Program-made: the position numbers and the translations under genes
The notes under the pieces: model-generated
The model's input: the letters and a program-made list of their open reading frames with translations, nothing else
What the model was told of the DNA's origin: nothing
Database searches by the model: none
Assembly: GCA_018901615.1 (NCBI GenBank)
Contig: JAHIEN010000108.1
Location: forward strand, 1 to 62,915
Direction of reading: 5' to 3'
Source: Candidatus Omnitrophota bacterium
GTDB lineage: Bacteria; Omnitrophota; Gorgyraeia; Gorgyraeales; Gorgyraeaceae
Length of the DNA stretch: 62,915 nt
Shown: piece by piece, positions 27,909 to 37,938 of the stretch
Layout of the letters: every line of letters starts with the position of its first letter
Position numbering within the stretch: the stretch's first letter is position 1

Positions 27909-29433
27909 GATGAAAATCAATATCGTTGTTGCTCCGACAATGCACCATCCTTATCAGTTACGGCGGATTTCGCATAATGATCAAGATCTTCCGCCTTACG
28001 GGGCCGCCTGCATCGCTTCATTTTTAAAAGCAAAAGGGTATTCTGTAGCGATAAAGGATTTTCCTTTATTTTTTGATGAATTTCGGGATATCTTGAAGTT
28101 ACTGGATAGCAAAGCAATGTTCGAAAAGATCACGGAATACGTTACTAAAGATATTCCGCATCCGATGGTGGATAAATTCGCCGAGAAGATGCTTAACTGT
28201 GTCACTGAGGACAGATGCGATCTTTTAGGGTTTTCTCTCTTGAGCCGCCTTAGTCTTCCAATTTCTCTGTTATTAGCTAAAAAGGTGAAACAAAAAAGTA
28301 AAGTTCCAATTGTATTCGGCGGAGCAGTTGTTACGGAGTTTTTCGAACAATATAAATTTAATAAAAAGAGTTTTTTCTTTAGTAACTACGGAAACTGCAA
28401 TTTCATTGATTATTTTATTGTCGGAAAAGGAATGTATCCTTTACTTGGGCTTTTGGAATACCTCCAGGGAAAGGTAAACATTGACAAGATTCCCAATCTC
28501 GTATACCACAAAGAAGGCGAATTAAAATTGAATCAAAGGGTTTTTTTTGGCCTCGAAGAGATTCCTGTTCCTGATTTTTCTGATTTGAATTTAGGTAAAT
28601 ACGAGACCATTCAGCGCAGGATGAGCAAAAAAAGACGGGAGCCAAAACGATTACAACTACCTTACCAGATTACTTCCGGATGTGTTCATAAATGCAGTTT
28701 TTGTAATTTTTATTTAGTGAGCCCTAACGTGCAGTTTAAAAGCTGCGATAAGGTTATCCGTGAATTGATGTTCCTTAAAAAAAAGTATAATACTAATCAT
28801 TTTTTCTTTTGTGAATCCAATGTCAACCTTTCTTATAAATATCTGAAAGAACTATGCGAAGGTATTATTAAGCATAAATTGGATATTGTCTGGAGGAGTG
28901 TCGCAAGCATCGTTAACATTGACAAAAACCTGCTCTCATTACTGAAAGCATCCGGCTGCTACAGTCTTACTTGGGGGATCGAATCGGGCAGCGATGCGAT
29001 TTTAAAGAAAATGAATAAAGGATTTACCGCTTCCCATGCGCGTCAGGTTTTAAAAGATGCACATGATGTTGGTATACATAATACCGTCAATTTTATCACT
29101 GGTTTTATTCATGAAACAAAAAAGGATTTAAATTATACAATTTCTTTTGCGAAGGAAAACGCGGCTTATATTGACAAAGTAAGGATATTTGATTTTGCGC
29201 TTGCTTTTTATACGCCAATACACTTCCATCCAGACCGGTATGGAATTGAAAATATATTCGTTGATTATAATTCTTTAATGGGATTTTCGCGTATCGGATT
29301 TGATGAACAGGGTGGTTTAAAATGGGACAAAAAAATCAAGCAAAAACTAAAATTTTACCGGATGGCGTCACAGGCGATTTTAAAACAAGAGATTTTTAAT
29401 ACTATTTGGAAAAAAATAAGCAATTGTCTTTAG
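27886..29433 (+). CDS. B12-binding-domain radical SAM protein (paralog group 3)
   Basis: TSGCVHKCSFC, GIESGSD. IPNLVYHKEGE...IPVPDFSDLNL parallels ORF 41756. An alternative start at 27910 (MKINIVV) is possible. Confidence 0.7.
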   Translation: MNETTDCKMKINIVVAPTMHHPYQLRRISHNDQDLPPYGAACIASFLKAKGYSVAIKDFPLFFDEFRDILKLLDSKAMFEKITEYVTKDIPHPMVDKFAEKMLNCVTEDRCDLLGFSLLSRLSLPISLLLAKKVKQKSKVPIVFGGAVVTEFFEQYKFNKKSFFFSNYGNCNFIDYFIVGKGMYPLLGLLEYLQGKVNIDKIPNLVYHKEGELKLNQRVFFGLEEIPVPDFSDLNLGKYETIQRRMSKKRREPKRLQLPYQITSGCVHKCSFCNFYLVSPNVQFKSCDKVIRELMFLKKKYNTNHFFFCESNVNLSYKYLKELCEGIIKHKLDIVWRSVASIVNIDKNLLSLLKASGCYSLTWGIESGSDAILKKMNKGFTASHARQVLKDAHDVGIHNTVNFITGFIHETKKDLNYTISFAKENAAYIDKVRIFDFALAFYTPIHFHPDRYGIENIFVDYNSLMGFSRIGFDEQGGLKWDKKIKQKLKFYRMASQAILKQEIFNTIWKKISNCL

Positions 29434-29493
29434 TGGAATAGCTTAAGTTTGTAGTAAAATTATTTGTTACTTAAGAACAGCATAAATGTCACT

Positions 29494-32400
29494 ATGAGAT
29501 CTAAAGTAAAGGTAGGGATAATTTTATCATTGTTCCTTTTGGTTATTGTGTGGGGAGTAATGCGTTATAGAAGCGCCGTGGTATATGAGCAAGCATGCGC
29601 TTTTTATTCCCAGATGCAGGCGATAGAGAAAGATAAAATTATTGAAATAACCAAATATATTACCAGTAATAATTACCTGGATAATCACAGGGCTTGGCAG
29701 AAGGCATTCTCGTTTTCTTACGACACGCTTATCAAAATGAAAAAGTTTAGTAAGGCATTGTCTTTTCCAAAAGAATTCAAGAAACTTATCGATGAAGTTA
29801 TTGGAAAGAAGGAAGACGCAAGTTTATATTTGTTGCAACAGGCTATTCATATCAATAATACCCCTGTTCTAGCGGCCTTTCCGTTCTATGAAAAAGACAA
29901 GCCAAATATAAGCAGTATAAAACCGTATGCGGAATATATATATATTGATAATCTTAAATTGCGCTTTACCCCTAACAGATTAACTAAGAAAAGCGATATG
30001 TGGTATGTAAACAGTGATATGATTGATGATAAAGCAAAAATAGAAAGTTTTAAGAACAAAGATGAAATTGGACAAGAGAAAATACCATTTTCATATAAAG
30101 ATTCTAAAAAAAGGTTTTCTTCCTCATGGTTTTATCAACTTAAAGAGGATAAATTGAGCATTCCTGCTGCGGCTCTTAGGCCATGGTATAGAAAATATGA
30201 AAAAAGTCCGCTAGATTTAGTTATGTATAATAGTACTGTTATTTTAAGAAATGAACACCGTATTTATGGCCTAGATTTATTTTCCGGACAGGAAATTTGG
30301 TCTTTTCGAGATGAAAGGAATGATAACGCGGAATATTATCAGACGTTTCGGCATCTTCATCATAATTCTTTCGGATATGAATTGTTATTGGATAAAGATG
30401 TAATATTCACTGAGCTGGAAGGATTGCTTTTAGCGGTAAAATTTTTAGGTTCAAATACTCCGCAACTATTGTGGAAGCGTAATCTTGGGGAATATACCCT
30501 ATGCGCAAAACCAATAAAAGTAAAAGAAATCCTTGTCGTGGGAGTGATTAATGCAAGAGGCGAATTATGGATATGCGGGTTTGATTCTAAGAATGGGGAA
30601 TTACAGTGGAATACATACATTGGCACATCGTCTTTCTTTTCTCCCGTGAGTATGCTATCAGTGGCTTATGGCGATAACGTAATTTTAGGTACTAATCATG
30701 GGGTCTTACTATGTTTGTCGGTAGTTGATGGAACACTTCTTTGGTTGAGAAAATACCAGCCAAAACAATTCAAACTTTTTGATTATTGGGAGCAGAAGTA
30801 CTATTTGGGTAGATTCACAGGGAAAGGGTATATTAAATATGATACTCAATTTATGGAAATTGAAAGGCCAGGGGTTTTGTACTATAAGCCCCGTGAATCC
30901 GAATATTTTTATATGGTCGACATTGAAAACGGGGCATTGCAAGAAGAAATAATAACTAATGTAAACGGATCGCTTATGTTAAATGTCCTTAATAATAAAG
31001 CGATCTTCTTTAAACCCTTAAACTCCAAAAAGAATGCCTCAGAAATATTGGCCATCGACTTAGAAAACGGAAAGTGTATTTCGAGTTTTAAACTAAGGGG
31101 CAAGATATTTAAGGGGGTAACAAAAAATAATAATACAATAGTATTTAAAATCAGCGATACGGTTTACATGTTGCGGGAGGAAAAAGGTAAAATAATGTGT
31201 AGTAAGACAGGAGTTACTGCTCCCGGATGGCTATTAGCAAACGAAAATAATTTGTTATTTTTTGGAGAGAGGGAAACCCTAAGATGTATAAAATTGACAC
31301 AGCGGGACGCTTCAAATGATTTCCAAAAGGGTCCTACGTCAAAATTTTTGGCAGAAAACAAAAAAGTGTTTGCTATGCTGGAAAAGGCGTTGCAAATAGA
31401 TGATAAAGATAAGAAAAAAATACTTATTAGCAAAATTAATGTTCTGCTGTCCCAGGCAGATAAATTTACTATTCATCCCGCTGACTTTTTCTCTTTTCTT
31501 GTTGCTAATAAAGAAACCTTGAAACATCCGATATGGAAGGAGTTTATCTCAGTATTGAATAAGTTATTCGCCGATCAGGTTGTAACATATAAAGATATTG
31601 AGATAAAGTTTTCAAATTTTTTATATGAGAGCAAGCTTTTGAAAAAACCAAACTCTGAGAAACGGAGTCTCCTCTTACAATCGGCATTTGATAACGATAA
31701 AATTAGTCCTAAAATTAAAGCAAGAGGAGAAAAAATATTTTTGGTCCCAATAGATACGCAAGAAGGAGAAGGGAAGGTGGATTTTTTGCTTCTCTTAAAT
31801 AACGATCAGCTTATTTGTGCTGAAGAAAATGGCAGTATTAGGTGGGTAAGAAAGGTGTTTTATTCGCCACAGATATTAGAGATCAACTCAAGCTTAGATA
31901 TGCATGAGGGTCGAATGTACGCCGATAATATTATTGCTTATTTAGTTAATGATACTCTCGTTGTAAATGATAGCGTAAATGTTTTGGGGATTAACGTGGG
32001 CGACGGCGGTTATCTCTGGAGCATAACAAATCAAGGCCCTGCATTTAAGGATGAAAAACAGTCACCGGAATTGTGGAAAGATAGCTCTATGCTTTTTAAA
32101 AGATACGGTGTGAAGAAATCATTTGTAGAAAAAGTGAAAATGCATATGCAATTTATAGATGGCCGCCTTATCATTGTACACGCCAACAAAATATATTTAG
32201 TCAATCCGGAAACAGGCTTCTGTGAACAGCGTCGGAAGCTAGATATAAAAGGGGCAATGCAAGTGGTAGCTTTTGATCATCTGATTTATATTGTAGATAG
32301 TGAAACGAATAATGTACGCATCTTTGATAAGGTCCTTAGATCTATTGCGCAATATCCGATTAATTTTAAGGATAAAGAAAGCTATTGCCCGAAGTTAATA

Positions 32401-33105
32401 TTTCACAACAAATATGTGTTTGTAAGTGAAAAATCCAAAATATTTGTTCTTAATAAAACAAGCGGAGAATTGATTAATATAATTCATCTGGAAAGCATTG
32501 AAGATTATTATGTTGAGGTGAATAATGATAATTTACTTGTAATTGTACCATTACAATCTATTAGGTGTTTTGATCTAGCCAGCAATGAATTTAATGAAAA
32601 ATGGGCATATAAGCAAGATGCCGGGTTGAGACTAGAGGCTGAAGTTTCCTCGAAGACAAAACCTAACTTTTACTTTGTTCTTGAGAACAGGTCTATATTT
32701 TTCATTTACAAAAATACCGATACATACGAAGCAGCTCTTATTGATATCGAAATCGGAGAGGTTAAGTATGAGACTGTGCTGGATGGCGTAAAAGGAAGAT
32801 TTTTTAATATGTCTAACAGTCAAGAAAGAAAAGGGTCATTGTATTTTTCAATAACAACCCAGCGGTGTCATGAAAATGACGAAAAGAGCGAATTATTTAA
32901 AAAGGCAAAACGTTTACCTGTATGGACCCACCTGATTGAAGTTGACTATCTAAAAGGAGAAATTATGAGAAATGAAACAATAGTAGCGGGTGCGTCTGAT
33001 TATGCCTTTGAAAAGAACGTATTTACTCAGACAAATGCCAATATTTTTTGTTCCATTAATGGCAATCTATTGTACGAATTTTTACCAGAGAGTGACTGGC
33101 AATAA
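29494..33105 (+). CDS. Large membrane-anchored protein with PQQ/BamB-like beta-propeller repeats
   Basis: The ATG at 29494 gives MRSKVKVGIILSLFLLVIVWGV (basic residues plus TM). The ORF track uses a TTG at 29464. Repeated propeller-type motifs are IYGLDLFSGQEIWSF, GFDSKNGELQWN, LSVVDGTLLWL, INVGDGGYLWS and VNPETGF. Confidence 0.55.
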   Translation: MRSKVKVGIILSLFLLVIVWGVMRYRSAVVYEQACAFYSQMQAIEKDKIIEITKYITSNNYLDNHRAWQKAFSFSYDTLIKMKKFSKALSFPKEFKKLIDEVIGKKEDASLYLLQQAIHINNTPVLAAFPFYEKDKPNISSIKPYAEYIYIDNLKLRFTPNRLTKKSDMWYVNSDMIDDKAKIESFKNKDEIGQEKIPFSYKDSKKRFSSSWFYQLKEDKLSIPAAALRPWYRKYEKSPLDLVMYNSTVILRNEHRIYGLDLFSGQEIWSFRDERNDNAEYYQTFRHLHHNSFGYELLLDKDVIFTELEGLLLAVKFLGSNTPQLLWKRNLGEYTLCAKPIKVKEILVVGVINARGELWICGFDSKNGELQWNTYIGTSSFFSPVSMLSVAYGDNVILGTNHGVLLCLSVVDGTLLWLRKYQPKQFKLFDYWEQKYYLGRFTGKGYIKYDTQFMEIERPGVLYYKPRESEYFYMVDIENGALQEEIITNVNGSLMLNVLNNKAIFFKPLNSKKNASEILAIDLENGKCISSFKLRGKIFKGVTKNNNTIVFKISDTVYMLREEKGKIMCSKTGVTAPGWLLANENNLLFFGERETLRCIKLTQRDASNDFQKGPTSKFLAENKKVFAMLEKALQIDDKDKKKILISKINVLLSQADKFTIHPADFFSFLVANKETLKHPIWKEFISVLNKLFADQVVTYKDIEIKFSNFLYESKLLKKPNSEKRSLLLQSAFDNDKISPKIKARGEKIFLVPIDTQEGEGKVDFLLLLNNDQLICAEENGSIRWVRKVFYSPQILEINSSLDMHEGRMYADNIIAYLVNDTLVVNDSVNVLGINVGDGGYLWSITNQGPAFKDEKQSPELWKDSSMLFKRYGVKKSFVEKVKMHMQFIDGRLIIVHANKIYLVNPETGFCEQRRKLDIKGAMQVVAFDHLIYIVDSETNNVRIFDKVLRSIAQYPINFKDKESYCPKLIFHNKYVFVSEKSKIFVLNKTSGELINIIHLESIEDYYVEVNNDNLLVIVPLQSIRCFDLASNEFNEKWAYKQDAGLRLEAEVSSKTKPNFYFVLENRSIFFIYKNTDTYEAALIDIEIGEVKYETVLDGVKGRFFNMSNSQERKGSLYFSITTQRCHENDEKSELFKKAKRLPVWTHLIEVDYLKGEIMRNETIVAGASDYAFEKNVFTQTNANIFCSINGNLLYEFLPESDWQ

Positions 33106-34107
33106 ATGAAAACAACATTCATATTAATAGTAAGTATCGTATCATTTTTGGCAATAGCATATGCCGGCGATAGGGACTACTCGCGTCTGCCAAATATCAT
33201 TATTATTACGTATAGTGGTTTAAGAAATAGTGAGAGCATAGAAGATCCAACGCGTCAATACATTGATAATCAAAACAACGTGATGTTTAAAGAAGGCACT
33301 TTATTCACAAATCTTATAAATGTTAATTTTGAATTCCACATGTCTTCAGTGCAGGCAATCAATACGGGTCTTAACCACCGCTATTATGGCCCAACAGTTG
33401 TACCAACTATTTTTCAATATGTTAGAAAACAATACGTTTTACCTAAAGAGAAACTGTGGTCTATCGGACACTGGCAACACAATATCAGTGCTTTTGCAAA
33501 TAAACAATATGGAGAAGATACATTCCCTGAGGCCTTTGAGATAGATGACCTATATGTATCAGCCGGGCTGTTAAAAAATCTTAATAAACAAGAGTTGCTT
33601 TTTCTTAAACGTTATCGCAATTTAATTAAGCAAAAGATATTTACATGGCCAACTTGGGATAGTTTTGCTTTTTTTCAGTATGAAATTTTTAAAAAGAATT
33701 TTTTAATCTTGAAGCCTAAAATGGTTCACTATATAATGAATAGTACAGAGATTGCTCATTCTGATACGTTCGCTCGGTATGTATTAGCAATAAAAGAGGC
33801 GGATGAACGCATTTTTGAAATGTGGAATTTGATAAAAGAACATCCTTTTTATCGTGATAATACTTATTTTATTATTGTTGTTGACCATGGAAGAGATCAG
33901 TACTATATGGATCATGATGAAAGTTCATTATTTAAACCAGATCGAGTATGGATGTATATTTATGGACCAGATATTAAAAGGGGGGCAAGGGTTGAACGTG
34001 AGGTTAGGCATGTCGATTTGTTTGCAACGATTGCAAAGATTATGCGTGTGAAAACTCATTATACCGAAGGCAAATTTCTTAATGATTGTTTTACGGGTGA
34101 AAAATAA
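33106..34107 (+). CDS. Secreted hypothetical protein, possibly alkaline-phosphatase-superfamily-like
   Basis: Signal peptide (..FLAIAYA). IIIITYSGLRN and IIVVDHGRD loosely resemble the metal-site motifs of type I phosphodiesterase/sulfatase-fold enzymes, but the first-motif Asp is not evident. Confidence 0.3.
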   Translation: MKTTFILIVSIVSFLAIAYAGDRDYSRLPNIIIITYSGLRNSESIEDPTRQYIDNQNNVMFKEGTLFTNLINVNFEFHMSSVQAINTGLNHRYYGPTVVPTIFQYVRKQYVLPKEKLWSIGHWQHNISAFANKQYGEDTFPEAFEIDDLYVSAGLLKNLNKQELLFLKRYRNLIKQKIFTWPTWDSFAFFQYEIFKKNFLILKPKMVHYIMNSTEIAHSDTFARYVLAIKEADERIFEMWNLIKEHPFYRDNTYFIIVVDHGRDQYYMDHDESSLFKPDRVWMYIYGPDIKRGARVEREVRHVDLFATIAKIMRVKTHYTEGKFLNDCFTGEK

Positions 34108-34152
34108 AAAGTAGTTTTGAGGCAATAACTAATAATAAAGGAGTGGAGTAAA

Positions 34153-34587
34153 ATGAAAAAATCTATGCACGCGCCGCAGGTATTAAATGAACCTGTTAAA
34201 TACGTCAAACCTGTTTCTTTTTCCCGGGGGATGAGGGTTGATCTGGGGGAGTGGGGTATATTGTTTATTTCAGGAACAGCAAGCGTAGATAAGCATGGGA
34301 AGACAGTATATCGTGGTGATTTACTGGCCCAGAGTAAACGTACATTCAAAAATCTTACTGCATTGCTTAAGTCTGAAGGCGCCAGTTGGCATAATGTTGT
34401 GAAGACAACTTGTTTTTTAAAGGATATGCTTAATTATGATGCCTTTAATGAATTCAGAAACAGGTTCTATAAAGACCAGGGACTTAAAATGTTCCCAGCT
34501 TCCACCTGTGTAGAAGCATGTCTTTGCCGCGCGGATCTACTTGTGGAAGTGGAGTTGATCGCTATCTTTAAAATAAAAAGAAAATAG
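34153..34587 (+). CDS. RidA/YjgF/Endoribonuclease L-PSP family protein
   Basis: 144 aa. LFISGTASVDKHGK, VVKTTCFLKDM and PASTCVEA...VEVELIA match the family layout. Confidence 0.75.
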   Translation: MKKSMHAPQVLNEPVKYVKPVSFSRGMRVDLGEWGILFISGTASVDKHGKTVYRGDLLAQSKRTFKNLTALLKSEGASWHNVVKTTCFLKDMLNYDAFNEFRNRFYKDQGLKMFPASTCVEACLCRADLLVEVELIAIFKIKRK

Positions 34588-34593
34588 GTAGTC

Positions 34594-36687
34594 ATGAAGA
34601 CCAGGATAGCCCTTATTTCAATATTTAATATAGATTTCGGGGTAAGATATATCTCAGCTTACTTAAAATCCAAAGGTTATCATACAGACATTATATCCTT
34701 TGGTGCGTTGAGATTAAAAGAAGAAATCTTCTGCAATAATTATATAACACCCGGACTTCTTCATCAAAAGGCTTGCCCAGATGGAGATGACGAGTTACTT
34801 GTAAAACTTCTCTTAAGTTTAAAACCCGATCTTATTGGCATAACCGTACCTTCCACTTCATTTATTACAGCTTCGATCCTGACCCAGAAGATAAAAGAAA
34901 AGCTAAATGTCCCAATTATTTGGGGAGGCATACATGCCACTCTTTGTCCTGAACACTGTATTCAATATGCGGATATGGTTTGTATTGGCGAGGGGGAGTA
35001 TCCGATGTATGAACTTGCAGAGAAGTTAGAAAATACTGAACAAATAACTGCCATAAAGAATCTCTGGATAAAAGACAGAGACGGTTCGATAGAAAAAAAC
35101 GAATTAAGAGATTTAATTCTCGAACTTGACTCCCTGCCTTATCCTGATTTTGCAGGTTTAGGTAATAAATTCCTAATAGACAGGGGTAAGGTAATACCTG
35201 ATCCGATCATTGTTTCTGCCTATCGAGAGAAGGCATATCCCATTATGTCTTCCAGGGGTTGTCACTATAGTTGTTCCTTTTGTTGTAATAGTGTCTTAAA
35301 AGAAATTTATAAGAATAAAGGTCCCTACTTAAGAAGGAGGACTCCAGAGAATGTTATAGATGAAATAGTATATATTAGAACAAACATGGAAGCATGGGAA
35401 ATAAGATTTTGGGATGATATCTTTACCTATGACGCTGAATGGATTGAGGTGTTTCACCAATTGTATAAGAGAAAAGTAGCCTTACCTTTCACTTGCTATG
35501 CGCATCCTGAGCATACCGATAGAACAATTATTGAGATGCTTGCCAATTCGGGACTGAAAGCAGTTGATTTAGGAATACAAAGCGGCAGTGAAAGCTTTTG
35601 TAGAGATAGATTTAAAAGAAAGCAGTCCAATGAAGAAATTATTGAATTTGCGAAAGTGCTTAAAAAATTTGGTGTCATTCCCCGATATAACCTTATAATG
35701 GATAACCCTTATGAGACCGACTCTGATTTAGATGCTACTGCGGAACTTCTAATGGCATTACCCCGGCCATATATAACAAGAATATACTCCTTATGCTATT
35801 TTCCAAAAACACCACTTACAAATCAAAGCCTTAAAGATAAGCTTATAACTGAAGAAGATGTAGAAGGGAGAGACAACAAGGCCCTCAATAACTTTTATAT
35901 GTTTATAGATTTGGCAAAAGATAAAAAAACCCTTTTTTGGGATACGATTATGGCTATGGTAGTTAGTAGTTTTTTTTCAGAGAAATTAATAAGAAGGTGT
36001 AAGCGCAGTAGATTTATCAGAAGTCATCCAAGACTTTTACTGAGCTTAATCCGGCTATATTTGAGAATAAGCTTTATTTCACCTATGCCAATTTTTCATA
36101 AAGAACTGAGGACTAAATGGTTTAGAAAAGCTCTAAGGTTTTTTCTTAGTATTTCTGGATTATGTCTTGGGATGAATATATTCCATAAAGATATAAGTAA
36201 GATTTTCAAAAAAGAATTTTTTTTTACAGCAAACTTAATTGCGTATCATCTTGAAGGGGTGACAACCGAAACTAACAATCAAGACTTCAGAAATAAAGCA
36301 AAAATTGATTTGCTTATATACCCAAAAGATTCAACCAATGCTGTTTGCAAAAGTTTTTACTTAAAAATAGGACTAAGGAATTCCTTTCGTCTACCCTTAA
36401 TTCTTAAGATGTTAGTGGAATTAACAGACTCTTTGATCGCTACTGAACCAGGAGAAAGACTGGCGCTTTGGGAAATAGATTATAAAATCAATGATATAGA
36501 AACAGAGACAGAGGTAGATCTGTTATACCCTCGTCTATTCTTCACACAGAAAGGTATTCGTAGAGAAGTTTCTCTAGTAGAAGTGAAAAAAGTTACAAAA
36601 AAAGGTTTATATGGACTCAGGGTTTTTTTATATAGCGGGCGGCACAAAAGATATATTTTGAAAAATTGTTCCGTTGTTTATTTTTAA
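34594..36687 (+). CDS. B12-binding-domain radical SAM protein (paralog group 1) with ~250-aa C-terminal extension
   Basis: WGGIHATL...VCIGEGE, SRGCHYSCSFC, GIQSGSE. IKNLWIKDRDGSIEKNELRD matches group 1. Residues from about 450 to 697 have no counterpart in the other paralogs. Confidence 0.7.
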   Translation: MKTRIALISIFNIDFGVRYISAYLKSKGYHTDIISFGALRLKEEIFCNNYITPGLLHQKACPDGDDELLVKLLLSLKPDLIGITVPSTSFITASILTQKIKEKLNVPIIWGGIHATLCPEHCIQYADMVCIGEGEYPMYELAEKLENTEQITAIKNLWIKDRDGSIEKNELRDLILELDSLPYPDFAGLGNKFLIDRGKVIPDPIIVSAYREKAYPIMSSRGCHYSCSFCCNSVLKEIYKNKGPYLRRRTPENVIDEIVYIRTNMEAWEIRFWDDIFTYDAEWIEVFHQLYKRKVALPFTCYAHPEHTDRTIIEMLANSGLKAVDLGIQSGSESFCRDRFKRKQSNEEIIEFAKVLKKFGVIPRYNLIMDNPYETDSDLDATAELLMALPRPYITRIYSLCYFPKTPLTNQSLKDKLITEEDVEGRDNKALNNFYMFIDLAKDKKTLFWDTIMAMVVSSFFSEKLIRRCKRSRFIRSHPRLLLSLIRLYLRISFISPMPIFHKELRTKWFRKALRFFLSISGLCLGMNIFHKDISKIFKKEFFFTANLIAYHLEGVTTETNNQDFRNKAKIDLLIYPKDSTNAVCKSFYLKIGLRNSFRLPLILKMLVELTDSLIATEPGERLALWEIDYKINDIETETEVDLLYPRLFFTQKGIRREVSLVEVKKVTKKGLYGLRVFLYSGRHKRYILKNCSVVYF

Positions 36688-36711
36688 TCTTTCATTGTTA
36701 CCTGTTAAAAT

Positions 36712-37902
36712 ATGGAACTTCTTAAAAAGCATACTGTAAGCATTTGCCCGAAATGTTACGAGGAGATTCCTGCTAGTGTTTATGAAGATAAGCAGATGGT
36801 CTATATGGCGAAGAATTGTCATAAACATGGGGAATTTACCTTCTTGATAGAGAAAGATGCCAGGCTTTACAGGCGATTAATGAACGGCGTAGAGTCGCAG
36901 GATAGGAAACCTTTTGAAAACATTATGATTGCTGTGACGCATTCATGTAATCTTGATTGCCCTGTTTGTTATTTGCCGTCTAGGGCAGAATCCGAGCTTA
37001 GCCTGCAGGTCCTTAAAAAGACCATAGTTGGTTTTGAGGGAGACAATGTAAGGCTTTCTGGTGGAGAGCCGACCTTAAGGGAAGATCTGCCGGAAATAAT
37101 CAGTTTCATATTAGAGCAGGGAAAGATTCCGTCTTTGACTACAAACGGACTAAGATTTTGCAATAGACAGTATTTACGCAGACTAAAAGATGCCGGCTTA
37201 TACTATGTTCATATGTCTTTTAATGGTTTAAGTGATCAGACTTATCAAAAGATAAACGGATGTAGGCTTTTGAATAAAAAATTAAAAGCGTTAAGAAACC
37301 TAAAAGCCGAAAAGATGAACGTCAGGACTTCGATATTGCTTGAGCGTGGAGTTAATGATAAAGAGTTGACAAAGATGTACCGTTTTTGTGTCAGGAACTT
37401 AAACTTTATCCATTCCTTAAGAATAAGGACGGTTGTGCCTTCAGGAAGACATAATGTTTTTGAACAACTATATTTATCTGAAATACTGAGTATTTTTTCT
37501 AATGCGATTAAGGTAAGTAAGGATGAAATAATAAAGCATTCACTCTCTAATTTCGGGGGAGAGCATTTGCCTTGCTCTTTAACTATTGATTTAGGGAGAT
37601 TGCTTTACGATAAGGCTGAAGTCAAAGGCACCCGGAATCCAGTTGTGAGGCTGGTAAAGATAGCATTAGTTTTCTTGCCAAGGGTAGGGATATTGATTAC
37701 TATCGGTGCGCTGATAAGGTATGTGCTTAGAAAGAAAAGACTGATAGACTTTATAGTGTTTATTCGCGTCTGGCCGCATATTTACAGCATTGATTTAAAT
37801 GAAATAAAAAGATGCCCATCAGCGCATTTTGTGGGAAGCACTGGAGAGGTTCTTCCTTTTTGTTACGCGATCGCTCTTAATGACAGGAAATACAAGCTTT
37901 AA
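36712..37902 (+). CDS. Radical SAM protein with N-terminal CxxC...CxxH zinc-ribbon/rubredoxin-like motif and C-terminal hydrophobic segment
   Basis: CPKCYEEIPA...KNCHKHGEF, then THSCNLDCPVCY and SGGEPTL. A hydrophobic stretch VKIALVFLPRVGILITIGALI lies near the C-terminus. Confidence 0.65.
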   Translation: MELLKKHTVSICPKCYEEIPASVYEDKQMVYMAKNCHKHGEFTFLIEKDARLYRRLMNGVESQDRKPFENIMIAVTHSCNLDCPVCYLPSRAESELSLQVLKKTIVGFEGDNVRLSGGEPTLREDLPEIISFILEQGKIPSLTTNGLRFCNRQYLRRLKDAGLYYVHMSFNGLSDQTYQKINGCRLLNKKLKALRNLKAEKMNVRTSILLERGVNDKELTKMYRFCVRNLNFIHSLRIRTVVPSGRHNVFEQLYLSEILSIFSNAIKVSKDEIIKHSLSNFGGEHLPCSLTIDLGRLLYDKAEVKGTRNPVVRLVKIALVFLPRVGILITIGALIRYVLRKKRLIDFIVFIRVWPHIYSIDLNEIKRCPSAHFVGSTGEVLPFCYAIALNDRKYKL

Positions 37903-37938
37903 TCGAGGGTCCAATCGTATAATTAAGGATATTGAAAA

